Shown: piece after piece, positions 41,411 to 49,865 of the stretch | Layout of the letters: each line of letters starts with the position of its first letter | Numbering within the stretch: the stretch's first letter is position 1 | From: an uncultured archaeon | GTDB lineage: Archaea > Thermoplasmatota > Thermoplasmata > Thermoplasmatales > Thermoplasmataceae | NCBI GenBank assembly: GCA_000965745.1 | Contig: CP009479.1 | Coordinates: forward strand, 704,001 to 768,000 | Direction of reading: 5' to 3' | Length of the DNA stretch: 64,000 nt | Translations under genes and position numbers: made by a program | Notes under the pieces: generated by a model | Seen by the model: only the letters and a program-made list of their open reading frames with translations | Told to the model about the DNA's origin: nothing | Databases searched by the model: none

Positions 41411-41596
41411 AATAATTATAGTGTAGACGCATTATCTATTGTTAATGGCTTACAAAACTTGCGCAATATGCGGGAGAAAAGTTTATCCAGGAACCGGTAT
41501 GTTTTACGGTGGTAGGTTAATACATAGAACTTGTAAGGGCGTAGCCATAATCCAACGATTCAAACTTAACAGAAGATGACACAATGTAGGATAGAA

Positions 41597-42133
41597 TCAA
41601 CGCAATAATTCAAATCCCAAACTGGTGTCTGAGTAAACGTCGCAACCGCATGTTTTGATTCTTGCTTCATCTATACCTCGTCGGGCTAGAAACCTAAACT
41701 CGGTCTTAATTCTAGTAAACAGAGAACCAGCATAACCCAAAGCTTCCATTGCTGGTTCTCCGATCAATAGAATGAAGGTAACCTTCACATTGCCTGTCCT
41801 CAATCTGAGATTGGGAAATAGTCTGATGATCTCATTCTCTAGTAACCAAAGGGAACCTTCAGCCTTGTTTTTCACGGTTTCAGGTGAAATGACATTGGCT
41901 ACAAAGTCTGGGTTAGGGTTATTGACATCTCTCAGCTCTATCAAATAAACTTCCGTATTGACGCCGTTTCTACCAATAAAAACCAAATCGCAATGCATAT
42001 TCCCATTGTAGTTCAGCACTTCTGCGTTCAGTACGGCACTTGTTTCAATTTCAGGTAATTTAACTGCGCAAGTTTCCCTCGTGTCATAGTAGTATATCGA
42101 ATCATCATTTCTATAGGTCTTTAGTTTCGGCAT
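41597..42133 (-). CDS. Hypothetical protein with a PD-(D/E)xK-like motif
   Basis: HCDLVFI...VYLIELR; GGTGA RBS before the ATG at 42133; overlaps the ATPase stop. Confidence 0.65.
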   Translation of the reverse strand: MPKLKTYRNDDSIYYYDTRETCAVKLPEIETSAVLNAEVLNYNGNMHCDLVFIGRNGVNTEVYLIELRDVNNPNPDFVANVISPETVKNKAEGSLWLLENEIIRLFPNLRLRTGNVKVTFILLIGEPAMEALGYAGSLFTRIKTEFRFLARRGIDEARIKTCGCDVYSDTSLGFELLR

Positions 42134-43961
42134 TGTTATCACCCGATGCTTTCTTCCTTTCCTTTGAGGTATTTGATCTTTTTATTAGTTCAGAAACCGT
42201 CCATTTATAAAAGGAATCGACCGTACTGGATATTCCCGGCACACTTTTGTCTAATTCTTCCCTTCCGATTATACGGGATTTTCCATTCTGTTCGATGAAA
42301 CATGAAATTGAGTCTGTACTTCTGTTCATATTAGTTATAGCGCTGGCCAACCAACGAATCTGATGAGATCCTTTGTTTGCAGCTGGCAATAAACTCTTAA
42401 TTAGGGAAATAAGGCTTTCTTCTTCAGGGCGGAGTTCTAATACGTAATGTATCACTAATGCCAACAGATCACTATGTGTCGATATAACTATTTTCAGATT
42501 CTTCTGTGCAGCAATTGCAATTAACAATAACCCCATAAGAATCTGAGTACTAACATGAAGCTGTGCCTCTGGTTCTTCTATTAAAATCAGTTCAGATTCT
42601 GATGCAGAAAGCAGAGGTAGCAATATTCCAGCCAATTCTTCCACCATCGCAGAAGATAACCCAAGGTTGACCCCCTCTCCTTTAGAGTAGTTATAAACCA
42701 ATGCCCCACTTTCTTCTAAGTATGAAATTTTACCTCCAAGAATGGGCTCAAATAAGCCAATAAATTCTTCAGGTGCATTATTTATCAATTTTTTACCTTC
42801 AATTGCCCACTCCAAATAATTGGCAGCTGGAGTAGAATCAATACCTCTCAGAATGTCTATTATCTCATCAGAGTCATAATATGGATTACCAAATGAAAGG
42901 TTTGCTAGTTGCATAACTAAATTCCTTCCATACGGGAAGAACTTAACAGATTTGAAAGAAGTAAGGTTGTAGATCTCGTTACTAACCTCATCGAATGCCA
43001 ATTGCATCACGAAGTCGTGATATTCCTTTGTTATATCTTCTAAAATTTGTGTTGAAGAATAGTTGATAAGGTTCTCTTGATCTTCTGATGTAATTTTCTC
43101 AAGCACGTCGAGGTATCTGTCAAGTGGTACCCTAAGCTCTCGCAGGTAACTATGCCGTTCATACATCAGATTTGCCTTTTCCAAATCAAAGTGTAATGAA
43201 ATTGATACAATCATTCTGACTGAGTTTGTTTCTACTCCTATTATCTTCCCATCAAAATCAAACAAAATTGGAAAGTCATGTCTTAAACGTCGTATTGTGT
43301 AAGCAATAGCTGAATCATTTGAGTTAGAAAACTCTGGGAGAAAAAAATGGTAGTCTCTGCCGGTTATTATATGATCTCTTTCGGGGACTATAGAATTGAT
43401 TGCCCTTTTCAAAACCTGCTGTAAATTAGAATCATTTATCATTATATGATCTATGGCACCACTTCCCACAAATTTGTTGAGTTCCTTTACATACAGCTCG
43501 GATATGTTCTCATATAGCTCCTCCCTTGGTATTCTAATTTCAATCTCCATATCCTTCTGAAATGATTCTATATTCAATTTTTTCAAGGGTCTCTTCCGAC
43601 TTTGCTCACTTTGTTCCTTAGGTTTTTCCAACGAATATTCTTCTTTTAACTGTTTCAAAACTTTGATCAAATAATCAAAAAGTGGCCTCGCAAACTCATT
43701 GAGTTGAAACGAATTTAACTCGGGAGTTTCCAAGCTGTATGCTGTTCCATAGCTCTGCACCAATCTTATCAAGGCTTTCTCATCAAGACTCTGGAGAAAC
43801 CAATAGATGGACCTCAACGAATAAGATTTTCCAGAATTTGGTCTCCCAAGTAGTAAAGATAAATCACGAAGTGGAAGTTCTAGTTTCTTTATAGGTCCAA
43901 TCTCCTTGACAATAACAGTGTTTCCTTTTCTTACAACGTCCTTTTCAAATTTCGCCGTCAT
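42111..43961 (-). CDS. ABC-type (AAA_15/AAA_21-like) ATPase
   Basis: IGPI, GRPNSGKS Walker A, LSSA signature, LIEEPEAQLH Walker B/D-loop and ISTHS. Confidence 0.88.
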   Translation of the reverse strand: MTAKFEKDVVRKGNTVIVKEIGPIKKLELPLRDLSLLLGRPNSGKSYSLRSIYWFLQSLDEKALIRLVQSYGTAYSLETPELNSFQLNEFARPLFDYLIKVLKQLKEEYSLEKPKEQSEQSRKRPLKKLNIESFQKDMEIEIRIPREELYENISELYVKELNKFVGSGAIDHIMINDSNLQQVLKRAINSIVPERDHIITGRDYHFFLPEFSNSNDSAIAYTIRRLRHDFPILFDFDGKIIGVETNSVRMIVSISLHFDLEKANLMYERHSYLRELRVPLDRYLDVLEKITSEDQENLINYSSTQILEDITKEYHDFVMQLAFDEVSNEIYNLTSFKSVKFFPYGRNLVMQLANLSFGNPYYDSDEIIDILRGIDSTPAANYLEWAIEGKKLINNAPEEFIGLFEPILGGKISYLEESGALVYNYSKGEGVNLGLSSAMVEELAGILLPLLSASESELILIEEPEAQLHVSTQILMGLLLIAIAAQKNLKIVISTHSDLLALVIHYVLELRPEEESLISLIKSLLPAANKGSHQIRWLASAITNMNRSTDSISCFIEQNGKSRIIGREELDKSVPGISSTVDSFYKWTVSELIKRSNTSKERKKASGDNNAETKDL

Positions 43962-43966
43962 TCATC

Positions 43967-44242
43967 TTACCCCAATAGTTCTTCCAGTTCTTTCAACTTT
44001 TCAGCTACCTTTTTTCCTTTTTCAGTCAAAGAAATCAAGTTCTTTGGTGGATATGAAGAACTCTCAATCCTTGCTTTTATTATACCAAGATCCTTTAACT
44101 TCTCAAGTGCTTTGTATCCTTGGTTTATAGAAACACCAGAATCTGGCCATATTCTTGACAATAAGTATTCGTCCTTGTCTCTGAGAAACAATGTAATTCT
44201 AAGAATACCTGACTGTTTTTCAAGTTCTCCAATTGAAGTCAA
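43967..44242 (-). CDS. Winged-helix transcriptional regulator
   Basis: LEKLKDLGII...SLTEKGKKVA wing motif. Confidence 0.8.
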   Translation of the reverse strand: MTSIGELEKQSGILRITLFLRDKDEYLLSRIWPDSGVSINQGYKALEKLKDLGIIKARIESSSYPPKNLISLTEKGKKVAEKLKELEELLG

Positions 44243-44260
44243 AGCGTATTGTTATATCTT

Positions 44261-44343
44261 ACTTCCAATATAGATTATAGCTTCTATCTTCCAAATCAGA
44301 ATATACTTATATTTGTTTCATATAACTTCTATATTGGAAGTTA
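44261..44343. promoter_or_regulatory. Operator-like inverted repeats in a divergent promoter
   Basis: ACTTCCAATATAGA (44261-44274) is the perfect inverse of TCTATATTGGAAGT (44328-44341); palindrome TAACTTC-N7-GAAGTTA at 44323-44343. Confidence 0.65.
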
Positions 44344-44347
44344 GAAT

Positions 44348-44494
44348 ATGAATTCGCAACAGTCTATACCGATCTTGACAAAGAGAGAAACTCATTCTCT
44401 ATTGAAAGAGTTAAAATTTGATTTTAGAGTTGATTCTCTAGACAAAGTCATTAAAATCTTGATTGAAGAACACAGACGGAGGAGTATTTCTTGA
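44348..44494 (+). CDS. Small ribbon-helix-helix-like protein (48 aa), not in the ORF track
   Basis: MNSQQSIPILTKRETHSLLKELKFDFRVDSLDKVIKILIEEHRRRSIS; TTGA overlap with the integrase start. Confidence 0.65.
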   Translation: MNSQQSIPILTKRETHSLLKELKFDFRVDSLDKVIKILIEEHRRRSIS

Positions 44495-45465
44495 ATGAAA
44501 GGGATTTTCAAAATAAACTCCAGGAATATCGGATTTGGGCAATGACAATGGGGAGATACTCTCCTTCAACTGTAAAACGAGCCTTAAGAAGAATACGAAG
44601 TTTTTCTCGTTTAATTGACTTATTTAATCCAGATCAAGGCAAGATTCTAGATTTTTTTGCCTCTGAAATAGAGAACAGGACAAAGCCGCATACTATTAAC
44701 AATCAGAGGAAAGATCTATCATCGTGGTTCAGATTTCTCGGTTTAGATATAGAATTGCCCAAATTAAAAGAACCTCCGGTTCCAGATCCTTGGATTCCAA
44801 CAAATACTGAAGTAGAGATAATCATACAAGCTGCCGGTCATATGAGTACAAGAAGGGAGGTCAATATCAGAAATTCAATAATTGCGCATATTGCTTTCTT
44901 TGGTGGTGCTCGAATAGGCGAAATTGTACAGATAAACATCTCCGATATCCAGGAAAATGGAATAAGAATCAGATCTGAGAAAGTAGAAGCAGAACGTATC
45001 ATAGGCCTACCTGATAAAATTATGAACGATGTCAGAAAGTATATCAAAGATTACAGGCCAAACACAGATCAAACAGCACTTTTCACAACACCAACAGGAA
45101 GAATGACCTATGACTACATCAGAAAAATCGCCAAAAGGATAGGGGCTTTCACTGGCATCAAAAAATTCCACTGGCACGCTGCGAGGCACTGGTGCGCCAC
45201 ATCCCTTCTAAAAGGGTATCACGGAGCAAAACCACTGGACATTCGCATGGTCCAAATCCATCTCGGACATCGGTCACTTCGGACCACTCAGCGCTACACC
45301 CACTTTTCTCAGTATGAAGTTGCGGAGGTGGTAATATCCCGCCTCAGGGATATATTTCAGGGAAGTGGAAAAATGACGGAATTGGTATCGATGTACGAAT
45401 CTGGTAGTGGACCACATGGGGCTGCCCGGATTTGGACCGGAGTCTCAGGCTCCCAAAGCCCGTAG
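44491..45465 (+). CDS. Tyrosine recombinase/integrase
   Basis: GARIGE, HAARH and HLGH...TQRY motifs; 3' end overlaps tRNA-Pro on the opposite strand. Confidence 0.92.
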   Translation: MNERDFQNKLQEYRIWAMTMGRYSPSTVKRALRRIRSFSRLIDLFNPDQGKILDFFASEIENRTKPHTINNQRKDLSSWFRFLGLDIELPKLKEPPVPDPWIPTNTEVEIIIQAAGHMSTRREVNIRNSIIAHIAFFGGARIGEIVQINISDIQENGIRIRSEKVEAERIIGLPDKIMNDVRKYIKDYRPNTDQTALFTTPTGRMTYDYIRKIAKRIGAFTGIKKFHWHAARHWCATSLLKGYHGAKPLDIRMVQIHLGHRSLRTTQRYTHFSQYEVAEVVISRLRDIFQGSGKMTELVSMYESGSGPHGAARIWTGVSGSQSP

Positions 45466-45489
45466 GATACCAAGCTACCCCACAGCCCC
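45417..45489 (-). tRNA. tRNA-Pro(TGG)
   Basis: Cloverleaf GGGGCTG...CAGCCCCA; anticodon arm CGGGC-TTTGGGA-GCCTG; upstream TTTTTATT box. The T-loop is atypical (TCCAAAT). Confidence 0.92.
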
Positions 45490-45562
45490 TTTGTGATATT
45501 CTGGAAATGCCGTCCGAATAAAAACTTACCGCAATATGATGTATTTACTCCCGCATCAGGAC

Positions 45563-45985
45563 TCACTTGTATTTGAAGGGGAGAAGATCAAGAACGTCGG
45601 ATTTGCGGAGTTTGCCATTGTCGGGATAGATAACCTTGGCAGTTCTGTCATAATCGGAGACCAGTTCACGGCACATTCCGCATGGTGAAACTACTTTCAT
45701 TGACTGATCGGGATTTGATGGGCGCGGATGCTTCACGGCAACTATTGTATCAAACTGGCTGCTTCCATCGTATAATGCTTTGGCCACAGCTATGGCTTCT
45801 GCGCAGACAGCTATTCGTCCAACGCTTGCTTCAATGTGGACAGAAGTGAAGATTTTGCCATCCTTAGTTCTCAAAGCCGCGCCAATAGAGTGCCAATTTT
45901 CCAGGTACCTGTCTACAATGGCCTTTTTTGCCATTTCTACAAGCTCCTCGTCTTCCTTTTTAATCTCATAATCCACGGTCATCAA
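45563..45985 (-). CDS. Cytidine deaminase family (blasticidin S deaminase-like)
   Basis: CAE and SPCGMCRE zinc motifs. Confidence 0.88.
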   Translation of the reverse strand: MMTVDYEIKKEDEELVEMAKKAIVDRYLENWHSIGAALRTKDGKIFTSVHIEASVGRIAVCAEAIAVAKALYDGSSQFDTIVAVKHPRPSNPDQSMKVVSPCGMCRELVSDYDRTAKVIYPDNGKLRKSDVLDLLPFKYK

Positions 45986-46070
45986 CCTTTCCCAGTATGC
46001 ACAGTTAGGTTTTATGAATACTTATTCAGGCAAAAAGGAAACGGTGATATATTTCTCAGCAATAATTGAT

Positions 46071-46135
46071 GAGCCACTGTGATGAATTCAGCCTTGACTG
46101 AAATTATGATGAAAGACGGGCAGACTGAGTGGTTT
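46071..46135 (+). ncRNA. Archaeal box C/D methylation-guide sRNA
   Basis: C box GTGATGA (46079), D' CTGA (46098), C' ATGATGA (46106), D CTGA (46125); two 12-nt guides; terminal stem AGCCAC/GTGGTT. Confidence 0.9.
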
Positions 46136-46248
46136 ACATACATGTGAATTTTGTGGAATGCAGTAATCAAAATGCTCTACATTCACTTAATTTCTGCCAA
46201 ATTTATATTTCAAAATCAAGTTTTTTAGTAATTCTAGAAAAGATTTTT

Positions 46249-46262
46249 TTAGGTTAGCCTAA
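46249..46262. promoter_or_regulatory. DtxR/IdeR/MntR-type operator
   Basis: TTAGGTTAGCCTAA, matching the DtxR-family consensus, upstream of an NRAMP gene. Confidence 0.7.
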
Positions 46263-46333
46263 TATCTGAATTAATGTGCTCCCTAGAATATGATTCGAAA
46301 TTCCCCACTGAAAGGGTGGGGTGAAAAGCGGGC

Positions 46334-47575
46334 ATGTATAATGTATTCAAGCATACCCGAACTGGGAGACACTCCTTCCTGGCTTCCTTTGGGCCTGCGT
46401 GGATCGTAATGATTGCGGATGTCGACGTAGCCAGCATCGTAACAGGAATACAATCAGGCTCGTCATTCGGTTTTCATCTCATCTTCATCGAACTGATGCT
46501 CACAGTTCCCCTTGCAGTCATACAGTTTGTATCAGGCAGCATAGCAATAGCTACTGGGAAGGGGATAGCAGAATCAATCAGGGGAACATGGGGCTCAAAA
46601 TATGCCTATATTTCTGCGATTCCAATGGCGCTCACTGATTTTCTCTCTTATGTCACAGAATACGCCGGAATAGCCATCGGCTTCCTCCTAATTGGCCTAA
46701 ACCCGGCAATAGGGATATTAACAGCATTCATTCTGCACAATGTTCTGGTTATGACCAGACGTTTTGAAACTGTTGAGAAGCCGCTTCTCATCATAAGTTT
46801 TGTACTGGTTGCATCTTTTGTCATAGCTGCAGTTATGTCCTCACCGGATCTGCACAGCCTCGTATTCACCGGACTTAGTCCGATTCAGCCGTACGGAAAT
46901 TCAGATTACACTTACCTGGCGGTCGCGAACATTGGTGCTGTAATAATGCCCTGGATGATATTCTACCAGGCAGGGGCCAGCGTTGAAAAGAAGATTCCAG
47001 CAACATCCATTAAAGGTCAGAAGAGGGAAACTTACATGGGTGCCCTAGTAAGCGAACTAATCATGGTTGCAATAATTATAGCATCTGCAAGAATAAGCTC
47101 TTTCGGAACTTTGGACCTTGGGGACATTTCTGGTGCTTTCTCGTATATGGGGCCAATGGGGCATTTCCTGATGGCAATAGGATTCATTTCAGCGGCTTTC
47201 CTAGCACTTGTCGTAATATCACTCTCGTCTGCGTGGGGGGTATGCGAAGCAGCAGGCATCAAATTCAGGTTCTCCGAGAAAATCTCCCGCCGCAAGGGTT
47301 TCTATTTCATCTTCCTCCTTGAAAGTTTCCCGGCGATGATCCTGAGTATGGTTGCATCCTCAGGCCTCATCTCCTTGATGCTCAACCTGATGGTGATCTA
47401 CGTCATCGTCGACATACCTGTGCTAATTATGGTAGGAATGATTACAATAAAACAGAGAATGGTCCAAAGGGGGACACTCTCAAGGAAAACCATGGCAGCT
47501 TACTGGGCTTTCTTCTTTCTAATAGAGGCTATGGGAATATACAGCCTGCTCACGTCCAGCCTGGCTTTTCTTTGA
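46334..47575 (+). CDS. NRAMP-family divalent metal transporter
   Basis: GPAWIVMIADVD and IGAVIMPWMIFYQ motifs; about 11 TM segments. Confidence 0.88.
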   Translation: MYNVFKHTRTGRHSFLASFGPAWIVMIADVDVASIVTGIQSGSSFGFHLIFIELMLTVPLAVIQFVSGSIAIATGKGIAESIRGTWGSKYAYISAIPMALTDFLSYVTEYAGIAIGFLLIGLNPAIGILTAFILHNVLVMTRRFETVEKPLLIISFVLVASFVIAAVMSSPDLHSLVFTGLSPIQPYGNSDYTYLAVANIGAVIMPWMIFYQAGASVEKKIPATSIKGQKRETYMGALVSELIMVAIIIASARISSFGTLDLGDISGAFSYMGPMGHFLMAIGFISAAFLALVVISLSSAWGVCEAAGIKFRFSEKISRRKGFYFIFLLESFPAMILSMVASSGLISLMLNLMVIYVIVDIPVLIMVGMITIKQRMVQRGTLSRKTMAAYWAFFFLIEAMGIYSLLTSSLAFL

Positions 47576-47610
47576 TACCATTGACGGAGAATGGTATGTT
47601 GGGAAAAACC

Positions 47611-48561
47611 TTATCGTACCCTTTCAAGCGTGAATGATCCGAGATCATAACCAGTTTCGGAGGGATACATCTCTATCCACTCCCTGGATCTTGCATTTCC
47701 TATCCCCTCAATTCTGATGTAATTGTCAGTAAATGTCTTTCTAAGGTGGATCGCACCATCCATGAGGTAGCTCACAGCCTCATACATCCTGTCGTCAAAT
47801 AGCCCGTCCTCTAGTATGTAAAAGGTCAGGGATCCCTCAGTCTTTCTCTTCTGTGAAAACTGCTGCAGAAGCCTGAGAAAAGTCTTCTCGTCGTGCTGAG
47901 TAATAAATGTTGTGAGGGATGTAAGAAGGAATCTGTAGCCTTTGTGTTTCTGGCACACTTCAGAAGTAACCGAATCCACAGTCTTGATCAGCGAACTCAG
48001 GTTGTACGAGTCGACTTGGACAGCATGCTTTGACCCGACTTCCGCCTGGATGGACCTTGAATAAGCGTCAATAAATCTAAGGAGCCCTGACTCTTCGGCT
48101 TTTTCAACATCACCAGCGATCTTTGAAAGCGACTCTTTCATCTGCACAATATCCTTGTCGGCAGAAAGGACAATTACCGGTATCCCGTCTCTCAGAGACT
48201 GTGCAACGAAGTTGTTTGCGATGATAAATTTGCCGCTGAATGGGGGGCCCCTCAGAACTATATTGCTTGGAGGGGCAATTCCACCATAAAGGAGAGAATC
48301 GAGCTTGCCATTGCCCGTTGACATCTTCTGGCCTTTCACATTCTCAGAGACGGCCTTGATGAGGGCCTCCCTGGCAACTGAATCGCTGCTAGTGCTTTTG
48401 CCCTTCGAAGAATTTTCCGGTACACTGAGAGCATCCAGAAGTCTCCGGACCTCCTTCTTTTTCTCGTTCAGCTTATCGATTAGGGCATCCACTTCCCTGC
48501 TTCTCTTCTCCAGTTCGCTGATCGCGCTGGATATCCTTTCTAGATCATCCTCTCCGGTCAC
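47611..48561 (-). CDS. RAD55/KaiC-like RecA-superfamily ATPase with N-terminal coiled coil
   Basis: STGNGKLDSLLYGGI, GPPFSGK and FIDAYS motifs. Confidence 0.85.
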   Translation of the reverse strand: MTGEDDLERISSAISELEKRSREVDALIDKLNEKKKEVRRLLDALSVPENSSKGKSTSSDSVAREALIKAVSENVKGQKMSTGNGKLDSLLYGGIAPPSNIVLRGPPFSGKFIIANNFVAQSLRDGIPVIVLSADKDIVQMKESLSKIAGDVEKAEESGLLRFIDAYSRSIQAEVGSKHAVQVDSYNLSSLIKTVDSVTSEVCQKHKGYRFLLTSLTTFITQHDEKTFLRLLQQFSQKRKTEGSLTFYILEDGLFDDRMYEAVSYLMDGAIHLRKTFTDNYIRIEGIGNARSREWIEMYPSETGYDLGSFTLERVR

Positions 48562-49766
48562 TTACTGCTCTCCTTCTTTGCAAATGTCCCCGAAACAACC
48601 CAGGGGGGCTCCCTTGGATCAAAGGGTTCCATGCCTTCAACTTTGTGATCCTCTTCTATTTTTTGATCGACTTCAATTCCAAGGCCAGGTTTGCCGGAAA
48701 GTTCGAAATAGCCATTATTCAGCTTATATCCCGACTTGACAAGATTCTGCTTCCAGTCCGGCCAGAACTTCTCGAAACTTTCCTGGATCAGGAAATTAGT
48801 CAAGGTGACATCAACATTTAAGGATGCGGCGGTCTGCACAGGCCCGAAGGCATTGTGGAATGCAACAGGAACCCCGAAGGCATCGGCAATGGCGGCAGTC
48901 TTCTTCGCTTCCAGAATTCCAAGCGAGTTTGTCAGATCGGGCTGTATTGTATCGACAAGCCCCTGTGATATCAGCCTGGCAAAGTCTCTCTTGTTCAGTA
49001 CTCTCTCTCCCAGTGCAACCGGCGTGAGCACATATTTCTTAAATTCAGAAAGGCCGACTTCAAGCTCAGGGTGCACCGGCTCCTCCATGAAAAGAGGGGA
49101 AAATTCGTCAAGGGCCATTCCTGCCTTTACCGCTGCAGGAGTGGAAAATCTCCCATGGCACTCTATAAGCAGGTCCACCTTGTCACCCAGCTCCGCCCTA
49201 AGAGTTCCAACTATGTCCCTTGCATTGTCTATTCCCTCCTTGGTTATTGTATCATAATTGTCACCGAAGGGATCGAATTTCATGGCAGTGAATCCCATTT
49301 TCACAACTTCCTTTGCTTTTTTCAGGAAGTCGTCTGCTGTCATGCAATCATCATACCAGCCGTTCGCATAGGCCCTTATTTTGCTGTGGAAAGTTCCTCC
49401 GAGCAGGTCGTACACAGGTGCACCCAACTCCTTGCCAATCAGGTCCCAACTCGCTATCTCAAACGCACTGAGGGCTGAGGTTGCTTCCATTGATCTGGAC
49501 AGATAAAATGAATTTCTGTAGAAATCTCTAATGTTTTTCTCAACATTGAAGGGATTTGCCCCCTTGAATATCCTTTCAACCTCTTTCATGCTTTCCAGGA
49601 CCGGCAGCGTCATGAGGGTTGTAGGAGCTTCACCGTATCCTACAGTCCCGTCCTTTGTCGTGAGCTTCACAAGAAGCATTGTGGAGCTCCAGGGTGACGA
49701 TATCTCCTTCCCTCTGACACCCAGCTCAAGAATTTCAACATCGCTTATCTCAGAATTCATGGACAA
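48558..49766 (-). CDS. Mandelate racemase/enolase-superfamily sugar-acid (gluconate/galactonate) dehydratase
   Basis: GYGE, WDLIGK, YANGW, KFDPF, ECHGRF, EEP and GER motifs. Confidence 0.87.
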   Translation of the reverse strand: MSMNSEISDVEILELGVRGKEISSPWSSTMLLVKLTTKDGTVGYGEAPTTLMTLPVLESMKEVERIFKGANPFNVEKNIRDFYRNSFYLSRSMEATSALSAFEIASWDLIGKELGAPVYDLLGGTFHSKIRAYANGWYDDCMTADDFLKKAKEVVKMGFTAMKFDPFGDNYDTITKEGIDNARDIVGTLRAELGDKVDLLIECHGRFSTPAAVKAGMALDEFSPLFMEEPVHPELEVGLSEFKKYVLTPVALGERVLNKRDFARLISQGLVDTIQPDLTNSLGILEAKKTAAIADAFGVPVAFHNAFGPVQTAASLNVDVTLTNFLIQESFEKFWPDWKQNLVKSGYKLNNGYFELSGKPGLGIEVDQKIEEDHKVEGMEPFDPREPPWVVSGTFAKKESSK

Positions 49767-49865
49767 AGATGGAAATCTTCATATTTAATGTTGTTAAACT
49801 TTACTCTTTTCAAGCATCGTTTCGACTCATCAAAACACTAATTAGCCTTAGCTCAATGCCTCTTC

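Noticed and set aside
1-45416. Second att site (tRNA-Pro 3' repeat)
   Set aside because: Not found by eye, so the island's left boundary cannot be set.
46140-46333. M-box or yybP-ykoY riboswitch before NRAMP
   Set aside because: The consensus motifs are absent; only a short hairpin and a DtxR-like box are supported.
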